From an uncultured Candidatus Saccharibacteria bacterium (lineage in GTDB: Bacteria; Patescibacteriota; Minisyncoccia; Phycocordibacterales; CSBR16-119), in the NCBI GenBank assembly GCA_964589975.1, contig CAZPVH010000001.1, positions 246,851 through 310,850 of the forward strand: 64,000 bases of DNA, written 5' to 3'. The position numbers and the translations under genes were made by a program. Of the stretch, positions 1 through 8,752 are shown in pieces. How positions within the stretch are numbered: position 1 is the first letter of the stretch; each line of letters begins with the position of its first letter. Under the pieces are notes generated by a model. The model was not told the DNA's origin. It made no database searches and worked only from the letters and a program-made list of their open reading frames with translations.

Positions 1-45
1 ATAGCAAGCTTTTTTGATAACGGAAATAATACAGAAGAAGAAAAG

Positions 46-258
46 ATGATTACAGCTGGTTCAATAAAAAGACTTGAGTGGCTTAAGAAAAATCTTCCAA
101 ATTACGAAAGGGATTTCAATGACTACTTGCTGCAAAATCTAGATAAACTAGAACCACTTATAAAAGAAGCACGAGGAAATCAGGATAAGATGCATTCATT
201 AAGGAACGAATTGGACGCAGAATTTGGAGGAAAAGAAAGAGACACGACATTAAATTAG
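46..258 (+). CDS. hypothetical small protein (70 aa)
   Basis: Complete ORF with an AT-rich upstream region. No recognisable motifs. Confidence 0.35.
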   Translation: MITAGSIKRLEWLKKNLPNYERDFNDYLLQNLDKLEPLIKEARGNQDKMHSLRNELDAEFGGKERDTTLN

Positions 259-275
259 CAAATATTTAAAAAAAT

Positions 276-560
276 ATGCCATTCGAATTTTTTAAAAGGA
301 AAAATCCAATAATAAAAGAAGGTGCTGATGAAAAGGTTCAGGAGCCAATTATGATTAGTAAAAATCCTGCGGAAGAAAAATCTAAAGGCGCTGAGCCTGA
401 AGATCTTACGGGCCGGGATAAAAGCCAGGAGGATTATTTGGAAATCTTAAATGCCAATGCGCTCGCTGAAGAAAAACTAAAAAGACCTTCCCTAAGCCAT
501 ACTGAAAGCGATCAGAAACTGATTGAAAATATTGTTGCCCCGAATCCTGACCTGAACTAA
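276..560 (+). CDS. hypothetical K/E-rich small protein (94 aa)
   Basis: ORF directly after the previous one. Charged, probably disordered. Confidence 0.4.
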   Translation: MPFEFFKRKNPIIKEGADEKVQEPIMISKNPAEEKSKGAEPEDLTGRDKSQEDYLEILNANALAEEKLKRPSLSHTESDQKLIENIVAPNPDLN

Positions 561-1543
561 CGGCGCTTTAAAACTTTTTTTACAGCAACTTTGATGTGAC
601 TTACATCCATTCCGTAATGGGCGATGAGTTCTTCCGGCTTTCCTGACTGGCCGAACTGATCATGCACGCCGATAAACTCTACGAACGCGGGTTTTGTGGC
701 CGCCAACGCTTCCGAAACAGCACTTCCCATTCCTCCTGCAATCTGATGTTCCTCTACCGTTACCACGCGGCCAATTTTTGACACGTATTCGATCATGGCC
801 ATATCAAGAGGCTTAATAAATGGCATATTTATTACAACAGTTTGAATCCCCTCTTCCTGAAGTTCTTTGGCTGCTACGAGCGCGTTATGGGTCAGCGCAC
901 CAGTCGAAATGATAGCCACGACAGGATCAGTTGATTTATAAAATATCTGAGACTTTCCGTATTCAAAGGGCGTCTCAGTGGTCGTCATGACGGGCGTCTT
1001 CTCACGCCCAAGGCGGATGTAGACCGGCCCAGGATGTTTTGCCGCCCAAAGTGTCGCTTTCCTGGCTTCTTCTGAATCACATGGATTTATGACCGCCATC
1101 CGCGGAAGCATGCGCATGAGACCCATGTCTTCCAAAGCCTGGTGCGTCGCGCCATCTGGTCCCACAGACACGCCCGCATGACAGCCGACGATCTTTACCG
1201 GAACATTATTGATCGCAATTGTAGTTCTAATCTGTTCATTATTTCGGCCTGGAGAAAATGAAGCGTACGACATAATAAACGGGATTTTTCCGTAATTCGC
1301 CATACCAGACGCAACTGTTGCGAGGTTCTGCTCGGCTACGCCCGCTTCGACATAACGCTTCGGGAACTTCTCCTTGAACCAATGCGCGCGAGTTGATTCG
1401 GCCAGGTCCGCGCAAACAGCGACAACTCGCTCGTCTTTCTCTCCAGCTTCTACTAATCCATGGCCAAAACCATCCCTCGTCGGGATCTTCTCGACATCTC
1501 TGTCGAAGAGCTTATCATTCAGTTTTGCATTGGCATTTAGCAT
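557..1543 (-). CDS. tkt: transketolase, C-terminal (pyrimidine-binding plus C-terminal domain) subunit of a split transketolase
   Basis: 328 aa. Collinear with the transketolase C-terminal half (EAGVAEQNLATVASGMA, GPDGATHQALEDMGLMRMLP). Confidence 0.9.
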   Translation of the reverse strand: MLNANAKLNDKLFDRDVEKIPTRDGFGHGLVEAGEKDERVVAVCADLAESTRAHWFKEKFPKRYVEAGVAEQNLATVASGMANYGKIPFIMSYASFSPGRNNEQIRTTIAINNVPVKIVGCHAGVSVGPDGATHQALEDMGLMRMLPRMAVINPCDSEEARKATLWAAKHPGPVYIRLGREKTPVMTTTETPFEYGKSQIFYKSTDPVVAIISTGALTHNALVAAKELQEEGIQTVVINMPFIKPLDMAMIEYVSKIGRVVTVEEHQIAGGMGSAVSEALAATKPAFVEFIGVHDQFGQSGKPEELIAHYGMDVSHIKVAVKKVLKRR

Positions 1544-2085
1544 TAGTATTCTTCGCCCATTCCAACTGTTGTCGTTGGCCTTACAAATTCAAAATATCCA
1601 GTATCGAAGTATTTTTGCGCAAGCGTATAAGAGTTATACTCATAACCAACGTGGTAAGGAATTTCGAGCGGGATGATGTTATCGCTGTTTGTGCCAGCAA
1701 GAACGGTCACTCCATGCTCAATGTTTAAAATATTGAACATATCTTGAGTCGTTTTTTCTTTTAGTCTGACCTGCATATTGATCTTGCTAACTAGTAATTT
1801 ATTTCGGCCCTCAAGTCCGGTGCAAGGATTTTCCTCCCCCATTTCGTCAGTAAATACCCAATGATACTGAGTCTCATAACAATAAGTTGAGCGGAACCCT
1901 GCCAGATTTTCTGTCCTAAAATCCAGGTTATACGATTTTCCCTTTTCAAATGTTGTTGTTTCTCCTGAAAGAGGGACGCTCGGCTCGCTGGTTGAAGGCT
2001 TATAATTTACTTTTATGTAAATAAGTAGCAAGACCGCCAAAATTCCAATCACTAGCAATATTAAATTTTTTCTTTTTGAATCCAT
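1543..2085 (-). CDS. membrane-anchored hypothetical protein
   Basis: N-terminal TM helix (LILLVIGILAVLLLIYI), then a soluble domain. Sits between the two tkt halves. Confidence 0.5.
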   Translation of the reverse strand: MDSKRKNLILLVIGILAVLLLIYIKVNYKPSTSEPSVPLSGETTTFEKGKSYNLDFRTENLAGFRSTYCYETQYHWVFTDEMGEENPCTGLEGRNKLLVSKINMQVRLKEKTTQDMFNILNIEHGVTVLAGTNSDNIIPLEIPYHVGYEYNSYTLAQKYFDTGYFEFVRPTTTVGMGEEY

Positions 2086-2103
2086 AAACTAATTATATAT
2101 TAA

Positions 2104-2715
2104 TTACCTGTTTTTGTTCGTCCAAACTCCTTTCCACCATTCTGATGGAGACATACTTAGGATATTCTTACCAATTTTCTTTGCCGACTCGGTCCGGAGC
2201 ATGAGAAGTTGCTTATTCTCGCTCTCATCATCGTTCTTGCCATACAGCCAAAGCGTGGCTTCTTTATTACCCTGATGTTCGTACTCCTTCAAAAGCAAGA
2301 CTTGGTCTAGTAGATCCGCATCCTTTGCCACAATGGCTTCCCTACTCTCGCGAGCATGGTACTCGGTCGTGATCTCTTTTAGATCCTGAAACGGTAATCC
2401 ACCGAGCTGATCCTCGACAATCTCGTCCTCAAAAACTTTCACGTACCGCTTATGAAGCCAGTTTTGGTCACCACTTCTAATCTCGCCGAGGTCATGCATG
2501 AGGCACATGGCGGAAACTTTATAGGGATCAACACCCTCCATTTTGGCCAAGAGGAAGCCCATGATCGCTACTCGGAAAGAGTGACTGGCGATATTATCGG
2601 CATTGTCATTCACCATGAGCGTTTGTCGGTGGGACCGTGGGATTCGACGGAGCGATCCGACTTCGTAAAGGAAGTCGACAATCTTTTCTTCATCAGTTTT
2701 ATTATTTGCTTCCAT
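2104..2715 (-). CDS. HD-domain phosphohydrolase (YfbR-like 5'-deoxynucleotidase family)
   Basis: H...HD motif (HSFRVA ... LMHDLGEIRSGD), about 200 aa. Confidence 0.7.
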   Translation of the reverse strand: MEANNKTDEEKIVDFLYEVGSLRRIPRSHRQTLMVNDNADNIASHSFRVAIMGFLLAKMEGVDPYKVSAMCLMHDLGEIRSGDQNWLHKRYVKVFEDEIVEDQLGGLPFQDLKEITTEYHARESREAIVAKDADLLDQVLLLKEYEHQGNKEATLWLYGKNDDESENKQLLMLRTESAKKIGKNILSMSPSEWWKGVWTNKNR

Positions 2716-2716
2716 A

Positions 2717-3028
2717 TTATTTTTCTCCTTTCAGAATAATTCTTTTTGTAAATCCGCCTTTATCATCATACTTTGCCTGTCGAACTTGTTCCAGGTTTGC
2801 GTATTCTGGCAATTTCTCTAAAGCTCTTATAACCTCTAAAAGATCCGCCAGCTCTTCTACACTCTTGTCTGCCAAGAATTCTCTCGATTCCTCGTCTACT
2901 TTTTTTATTAATTCTTCCTTGTATTCTTCTTCGGAAGCTATTCTTTCATTTTCATAAGAAATACCCTTCTCTCGCAATTGCTCGGGTATCTTATCTCTTA
3001 CCAATTTATTATAGGGTATCTTTTCCAT
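2717..3028 (-). CDS. MazG-like nucleotide pyrophosphohydrolase (small all-alpha NTP-PPase)
   Basis: 103 aa. EELADLLEVIRAL-type helix pair typical of MazG/YpjD-like housecleaning pyrophosphatases. Confidence 0.55.
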   Translation of the reverse strand: MEKIPYNKLVRDKIPEQLREKGISYENERIASEEEYKEELIKKVDEESREFLADKSVEELADLLEVIRALEKLPEYANLEQVRQAKYDDKGGFTKRIILKGEK

Positions 3029-3030
3029 AA

Positions 3031-3894
3031 TTATTCACTATGCCCTCCTTCAATTTTTCCTTTCATAGTACGAAGTTCTTTCAGCCATTTCTGCTCCTGT
3101 TCCTTATTCGGCGGCTTACCATGCCACTCATAATCATATTCGATTTCTTTTATGCCCTTGCCCGCAATGGTGTGCGCAATTATAACCGTCGGTTTTTCAA
3201 CTATCGCTTTCGCTTGCTCAACAGCATCAACAATTTCCTCCATGTTGTGCCCATTAATTTCCAAAACGTGCCAATTGAACGCGCGCCATTTGTCGGCAAG
3301 GGGCTCGAGCGGCATGATGTTTTCCGTCATGCCATTTATCTGAATATTGTTCCGATCAATCACAACCGTCAAGTTTGAGAGCTTATTCGCCCCGGCAAAC
3401 ATGATTCCTTCCCATGAGTTTCCAGCATCGAGCTCTCCGTCTGATATGAAGCAATAGACTCTGAATTTTTTACCATCCATTCTGGCCGAATAGGCATATC
3501 CGGAGGCCTGAGAAATACCAGATCCGAGAGGTCCAGAAGTGTTTTCCATACCTGGTAATTTCTCTCTTTCTGGGTGACCCTGTAAGCGCGATCCGAATTT
3601 CCTAAGGGTCGAGAGCTCTTTTAGGGGGAAATAGCCGGCATGGGCCATTGCACAGTATCTGACGGGCACAATATGGCCGTTTGAGAGGAATAATCGGTCC
3701 CGGTCAGGCCACTCCGGCTCAGCGGGCTTATGGTTCAAAATATGGAAATAAAAAGCCGTAAAAACGTCAGCCATGTCCAAGGGTCCCGCTGTGTGCCCAG
3801 ATCCAGCGTCTTCTAACATATCAATGATGCTCTGTCGAATATCATTCGCCTTCAGTTCGAGCATCTTTTCTTTTTCAGGGTTTAAACTAGACAT
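3031..3894 (-). CDS. tkt: transketolase, N-terminal (TPP-binding) subunit of a split transketolase
   Basis: 287 aa. GSGHTAGPLDMADVF and GHPE motifs of the TPP-binding half. Confidence 0.9.
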   Translation of the reverse strand: MSSLNPEKEKMLELKANDIRQSIIDMLEDAGSGHTAGPLDMADVFTAFYFHILNHKPAEPEWPDRDRLFLSNGHIVPVRYCAMAHAGYFPLKELSTLRKFGSRLQGHPEREKLPGMENTSGPLGSGISQASGYAYSARMDGKKFRVYCFISDGELDAGNSWEGIMFAGANKLSNLTVVIDRNNIQINGMTENIMPLEPLADKWRAFNWHVLEINGHNMEEIVDAVEQAKAIVEKPTVIIAHTIAGKGIKEIEYDYEWHGKPPNKEQEQKWLKELRTMKGKIEGGHSE

Positions 3895-4163
3895 TACGCA
3901 AAATCAGATAAAGCTAATAGCAGTGCAACAGCGATCATTGTTATATATGAGAGAGCAATCATTACTACAAAAACAGCATTCACCGGTATATTTTTATGTG
4001 CACGAGACATTGCAGATAAGGCCATGAACAGACTTATTACCCATGGAATCCAAAAATTCATTGCAAAATTTGTGTTTTTATTTAAAGCGACAATAAAAAC
4101 ACCTATCGCAAAAACTGCGGCAAATATTATTCTCAATTGAATACCTTGTTCTTTCCTATCCAT
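3894..4163 (-). CDS. small integral membrane protein
   Basis: 89 aa, two or three hydrophobic helices. Overlaps neighbours by 1 to 8 nt, which suggests operon coupling. Confidence 0.45.
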   Translation of the reverse strand: MDRKEQGIQLRIIFAAVFAIGVFIVALNKNTNFAMNFWIPWVISLFMALSAMSRAHKNIPVNAVFVVMIALSYITMIAVALLLALSDFA

Positions 4164-4833
4164 TTGAAATATTCTTAAAATCCTCTATCGAAACACTTGG
4201 ATTATTCGCGCCGAAGACCACTGATCCGGAAACTACTCGAGTTACGCCGATTTGGGCAAGTTCGTGAGCGGTATCGAGATTTATCCCTCCATCAACTGAA
4301 ATTATAGCATTCTGCTTGATCACCCTTACTTTATTTGCCTGATCCAAGACCCTTGGATCAAATGGCTGACCTTGATAACCAATGTTCTCTATTCCCATGA
4401 GCTGTACAAAGTCTGCTTTCGCGATAACTTCTTTCCAGTCATTCAGATTGTCAGTCGCCAGGAACGCAACTCCCCACTCAATGCCGAGACTTTCGATTTC
4501 TTTGGTGAAAAAGTCTTTGTCGTCAATAGAATTCGCGTGAACGATGAGCCTGCTAGCGCCGAGCTTCACGAATTTTCTCAAATCCGCCTCGGGTTCCCTA
4601 ACCATCAGGTCAAACTCGTATTTAATCTTGTCGGAATACGGCAGACGAATCTCGCCATCCATTAGTTCTCGTGCGCTCTGTTTGTCTTTTTCAAAAAATG
4701 GCCATGACTTCGATTCGACGAACTGACCGTCCATGAGGTCTAGCTGAACATAGTCCACGTATTCGAAAACTTTTTCCGCATGCTCGCGGATATCGTCAAA
4801 GCCTTTCGGCATAATGGCGGGGATGATTTCCAT
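4156..4833 (-). CDS. rpe: ribulose-phosphate 3-epimerase
   Basis: 225 aa. DLMDGQFV and VDGGIN motifs. Confidence 0.85.
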   Translation of the reverse strand: MEIIPAIMPKGFDDIREHAEKVFEYVDYVQLDLMDGQFVESKSWPFFEKDKQSARELMDGEIRLPYSDKIKYEFDLMVREPEADLRKFVKLGASRLIVHANSIDDKDFFTKEIESLGIEWGVAFLATDNLNDWKEVIAKADFVQLMGIENIGYQGQPFDPRVLDQANKVRVIKQNAIISVDGGINLDTAHELAQIGVTRVVSGSVVFGANNPSVSIEDFKNISNG

Positions 4834-4852
4834 CCTCTTATTTTACCACAGT

Positions 4853-5845
4853 CTAGAGACCTTGGTCGGCCAGGGCGTTTGACTCAAGTCTCTCTAGGAA
4901 TTGTATTTGGGCTTCTTTGAAATTATCTGGATTGCCGCCCCAAGCATGAAGCGCGTCGTTTTGAAGCGCTCGCGAATAAGAAAAAGCAATTTGCCATGGT
5001 AGTGGCTCCAGACGCGCAATCTCGCGGAGATTGTTCGTTGCCTCATCGGGAGTTTGTCCACCCGAGAGAAAGACGACGCCCGCGACATCCTTTGGAACCG
5101 TTTTTAGCAGGGTTTCAGTCGTAAATTTAGCGACCGTTTTCGCGTCCGCCCGAACCGAGGCTTCGCTTCCAGAGATAACCATACTGGTTTTTAGGATTAG
5201 GCCCTTTGGATCAACGAAATGCTTCGAGAGCTCTTCAAAAAGTATTTTTAGGACTTGTTCAATTATCATTTGCGCCTTTTCTATGGTGTGCGAACCATCA
5301 AGCATAACTTCGGGCTCAACCATTGGAACAATAGACTCGTCCTGGCAGGCCTTGGCATAACGCGCCAGAATTTTGGCATTCTCGCGAATACACTCATCTG
5401 ACGGGGTTGTGGCGGAGATCTTGAACGCGGCTCGCCATTTGGCGAAAGAGGCTCCCATGGATTTATATTCCTGAAGCCGGCCCGGCAGACCATTGAGGCC
5501 CTGGGTAATATTTTCTTCTGGAGATCCAGTCATAGGGACCAGCCCCTCATCAACTTTTATTCCAACCAAAATGCTTCTTCGTTCCAAAATCATTGAAAAA
5601 GGTATTCCAAGCTTGTCGGTTTGCCGAATGGTTTCGTCATAAAGTATGACTCCAGTAATAAAATGCTCCAGATCTGGCGTTGTCAGAAGTAATTCACGCC
5701 ATTCACGGCGCATTTCTTCAGTTTCAGGAATTCCGAGCGCGTGAAAACGCGCATTGCATGTATGAATACTTTCATCCGCGGCTAAAATTCCCTTTTTGGG
5801 TTCAACCAGACGATTAGCGATTGTATGAAGTTGCTGAATATTCAT
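4853..5845 (-). CDS. fba: fructose-bisphosphate aldolase, class I (eukaryotic-type)
   Basis: 330 aa. GILAADES signature and Schiff-base lysine region. Confidence 0.85.
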   Translation of the reverse strand: MNIQQLHTIANRLVEPKKGILAADESIHTCNARFHALGIPETEEMRREWRELLLTTPDLEHFITGVILYDETIRQTDKLGIPFSMILERRSILVGIKVDEGLVPMTGSPEENITQGLNGLPGRLQEYKSMGASFAKWRAAFKISATTPSDECIRENAKILARYAKACQDESIVPMVEPEVMLDGSHTIEKAQMIIEQVLKILFEELSKHFVDPKGLILKTSMVISGSEASVRADAKTVAKFTTETLLKTVPKDVAGVVFLSGGQTPDEATNNLREIARLEPLPWQIAFSYSRALQNDALHAWGGNPDNFKEAQIQFLERLESNALADQGL

Positions 5846-5881
5846 AATACGAGTGGCTAGTGACTAGCTTCTAGTGATTAG

Positions 5882-6325
5882 TTAATTATCGAGTTTGAGA
5901 ATACGACGTTTGTGCCTTTCATCGCCTGAGAATTTGGTTCCAAGAAATAGATCAACAGCATGTTTTGCTTCCTGTTCAGAAATAAACCTAGCGCCAAGAC
6001 TTAAAATATTTGCGTCGTTGTGCTCGCGCGCCAGACGAATTATGTCTTCCGGTCCGCCATAATAAACCGCGGCGCGAATGCCAAAAAGTCTGTTCGCCTC
6101 TATGGCTTCTCCTGTTCCTGATCCGCCAATAACAATTCCCATGGCGTTTGAGTCCGTTTCGGCCACACCTTCGGCAACGAGAGCGACAAAATCAGGATAA
6201 TCATCCGTCGGGTCCAGATGGTCCGGTCCTTTATCGACAACCTCGTGTCCCATAAGTTCAAGATGGCTCAGTAGAACCTTTTTCATTTCATAACCTGAAT
6301 GATCTGATGCAATATATATTTTCAT
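5882..6325 (-). CDS. rpiB: ribose-5-phosphate isomerase B
   Basis: 147 aa. MKIYIASDHSGYE N-terminus typical of RpiB/LacAB. Confidence 0.85.
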   Translation of the reverse strand: MKIYIASDHSGYEMKKVLLSHLELMGHEVVDKGPDHLDPTDDYPDFVALVAEGVAETDSNAMGIVIGGSGTGEAIEANRLFGIRAAVYYGGPEDIIRLAREHNDANILSLGARFISEQEAKHAVDLFLGTKFSGDERHKRRILKLDN

Positions 6326-6328
6326 AAT

Positions 6329-6760
6329 TTAAGCAGCATCTTTATATTCTTCGTCTTCAAATCCCTCCTTATCCAATTCAGCATTGGCATTCAAATGCTT
6401 TTCATTTGTTTCTTCTAATGTCTCAACTTCCGGCTCATCAAAAACGCCCTTTTCTTTCCAATCCGAATGGCGATCACTCAATTTCTCTTTTCTTTTTTCA
6501 TTACTAGTATTGAATGCCGTACGAAAATCTTTAAACTCATCACGAAACTGTACTTCGTGGCTAAATTTATGCTCATCTGTGCCCGGCGTCTCATAGCCCT
6601 CATCGTTCCGCGCATCCTGACGAGAAGCATAGAACTCTGGACTTTCTGAAGAGCGATCAAAATGTGCGACACCATCGATAGCCGGCTTTCCGCTATTTCT
6701 TCCTTCTACGTTTTTTTCAGTTGCTTTCCTTTTTCCCAAAAATCTTTCCAACATATACAA
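6329..6760 (-). CDS. acidic low-complexity hypothetical protein
   Basis: 143 aa, D/E-rich, predicted disordered. Confidence 0.4.
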   Translation of the reverse strand: MYMLERFLGKRKATEKNVEGRNSGKPAIDGVAHFDRSSESPEFYASRQDARNDEGYETPGTDEHKFSHEVQFRDEFKDFRTAFNTSNEKRKEKLSDRHSDWKEKGVFDEPEVETLEETNEKHLNANAELDKEGFEDEEYKDAA

Positions 6761-6768
6761 GAATTATT

Positions 6769-6981
6769 TTATAATCCCGCAGTCTTTAAAAAGTTTTCCA
6801 AAAACTTCTTCGTATACCCCATCTCGTTATCATACCACGCCATGACTTTCACAAGATTTCCTCCGACAACACGAGTCATTTCCAGGTCCACGATCGATGG
6901 AATAGTTACTCCAGCGATATCTAATGCAACATACATATTTTCATAACTGTGTTTGCCTAAGATACTCATTATACCCTTCAA
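6769..6981 (-). pseudogene. duplicated 3' fragment of gap (GAPDH C-terminal about 45 aa with a novel N-terminus)
   Basis: nt 6808-6922 are about 93% identical to nt 7298-7412 inside gap. The encoded VTIPSIVDLEMTRVVGGNLVKVMAWYDNEMGYTK matches the GAPDH C-terminus. Confidence 0.6.
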
Positions 6982-7243
6982 GATCGTCCTCGGTCACCGG
7001 AAGATTGCCCAGAAATGTCGGCAACTCATTTGGCCGCGCCCTTGGGACGTGGTAAATAGAGACTGGCAGATTTTGAATCTCTGACATCTTTGGCACACTC
7101 TTTACCGGTTTATAAAGCAACTCGTGCCATATTTCACCATCATCTCGCCTTTCAGTTTTGAGGATTTTTGAAATGATATACACCCCATCTGTTCCAGTAG
7201 AATACACAATATCTCCTTCGGTAAATGTATGCACTATGTCCAT
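6941..7243 (-). CDS. hypothetical protein (100 aa) inserted between gap and the gap fragment
   Basis: Complete ORF starting 9 nt after the gap stop. No recognisable motifs. Confidence 0.5.
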   Translation of the reverse strand: MDIVHTFTEGDIVYSTGTDGVYIISKILKTERRDDGEIWHELLYKPVKSVPKMSEIQNLPVSIYHVPRARPNELPTFLGNLPVTEDDLEGYNEYLRQTQL

Positions 7244-7252
7244 ATAACGTAT

Positions 7253-8308
7253 CTAATGTAAACCCTGCGCTGTTTTTATAACATGTTCAAGGAGCGTCTT
7301 CGTATACCCCATCTCGTTATCATACCATGCCATTACCTTGACCAGATTTCCTCCGACAACACGAGTCATTTCCAGGTCCACGATCGATGGAATAGTTACT
7401 CCGACTATATCTGAGGACACAATCGGCTCGTCTGTCGCCGTCAGAAGTCCAGCCCAGCGCTCTGATTTAGACGCTTTTACAAGGATAGAGTTTACTTCTT
7501 CCACAGTCGTCGGTTTTTTCGATATAAAAGTGATATCAACAAGCGACCCGACTGGAACCGGTACACGGATTGAGATGCCGTCGAAAAGTCCCGTAAGTGC
7601 GGGGAAGGCTTTTGTCACCGCGATAGCCGCGCCAGTCGAGCTTGGAACAATATTTTCCGCTGCCGCTCGGCCCTCGCGCAAATCCTTCTTTGATGGTCCG
7701 TCGACAAGCGCCTGAGAAGCGGTGTAGCCATGAACCGTAGAAAGAATTGCCTTCTCAATTCCCAGAGCTTCGTGTAAAACACCGATAAGCGGAGACGCTG
7801 CATTTGTAGTACAAGAAGCGTTCGATGTTATATCACATGTGCCGAATTTGTCTTCGTTCACGCCAAGAAGAATCGTTTCGCCATGGACCACCTGCCCTGA
7901 GCCTGTCGAAGGGTCACTGTCCTTTGCCGGAGCAGAAATCACAACTTTCTTCGCACCTTGATCAATATGGAATTTCGCTTTTTCGAAAGATGTGAAGAGT
8001 CCGGTGGATTCGACGACAACATCGATGTCAAGCTCCTTCCATGGAAGACCGCTTGGCTCCTTTGATGAAACGAATCTCGTCTCGATAGTCCTCGTACCAT
8101 CAGTAACAACGATGTTCCCCGTAGAAAAATCAACGGAGAAAGGCGCCCTACCATAAACAGTATCGTATTTAAGAAGATACGAGAGACTCTCGATACTGCC
8201 GAGATCGTTCACAGCCACGACTTCAATATCGTCGCGCTCCCAAGCCATCTTATAAAACGCTCGGCCGATTCGGCCAAAACCGTTTATTGCAACACGAACT
8301 TTTTTCAT
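7253..8308 (-). CDS. gap: glyceraldehyde-3-phosphate dehydrogenase
   Basis: 351 aa. INGFGRIGR NAD-binding motif and SNASCTTN active-site Cys motif. Confidence 0.95.
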   Translation of the reverse strand: MKKVRVAINGFGRIGRAFYKMAWERDDIEVVAVNDLGSIESLSYLLKYDTVYGRAPFSVDFSTGNIVVTDGTRTIETRFVSSKEPSGLPWKELDIDVVVESTGLFTSFEKAKFHIDQGAKKVVISAPAKDSDPSTGSGQVVHGETILLGVNEDKFGTCDITSNASCTTNAASPLIGVLHEALGIEKAILSTVHGYTASQALVDGPSKKDLREGRAAAENIVPSSTGAAIAVTKAFPALTGLFDGISIRVPVPVGSLVDITFISKKPTTVEEVNSILVKASKSERWAGLLTATDEPIVSSDIVGVTIPSIVDLEMTRVVGGNLVKVMAWYDNEMGYTKTLLEHVIKTAQGLH

Positions 8309-8355
8309 GAGAAAATTATACCACTTCTCTAAAAAATACTTGGTGGAAATCTAAA

Positions 8356-8751
8356 TTACTTCTGTCGGCAATCAGGATTGTTTGGCTGGTCAATTTCAGT
8401 AAAGTGCAAGTCAACTACTCTACCCGTCATTGCATTAATATAGACTTCAGGCACATTTCCTCTGACAGTATTAGTGGTTATGCCGAACCCGCCCTGAAAG
8501 GTATAGTTACCTCCAACTCTCCAAACAAGCTTGGTTTCAGGGTCAAAATCTTCACGTATAAGCGCTGAAGACAGAGACACTGTTTGGAAACGACTATCTT
8601 CTCCATCCCAACACAAGGTGATAATCGGTAAAGCAATTTCTTCAGCCTGAGCTTGAGAAATTGCTGGCTTTGTCTTGAGTAACAAAACATACCCCACCAC
8701 GAGAAGAGCTATGATAAATATAATACTGAATAGTAAGGACTTTTTCTTCAT
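8356..8751 (-). CDS. membrane-anchored hypothetical protein
   Basis: N-terminal TM helix and an extracytoplasmic domain with a Cys pair. Confidence 0.5.
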   Translation of the reverse strand: MKKKSLLFSIIFIIALLVVGYVLLLKTKPAISQAQAEEIALPIITLCWDGEDSRFQTVSLSSALIREDFDPETKLVWRVGGNYTFQGGFGITTNTVRGNVPEVYINAMTGRVVDLHFTEIDQPNNPDCRQK

Positions 8752-8752
8752 G

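Noticed and set aside
1374-1728. Antisense ORFs overlapping tkt. The same applies to similar antisense ORFs within gap, gatB, dnaK, rpoA, alaS and others.
   Set aside because: They are fully embedded opposite well-supported conserved genes and have low-complexity or Arg/Ser-rich translations typical of chance antisense frames.
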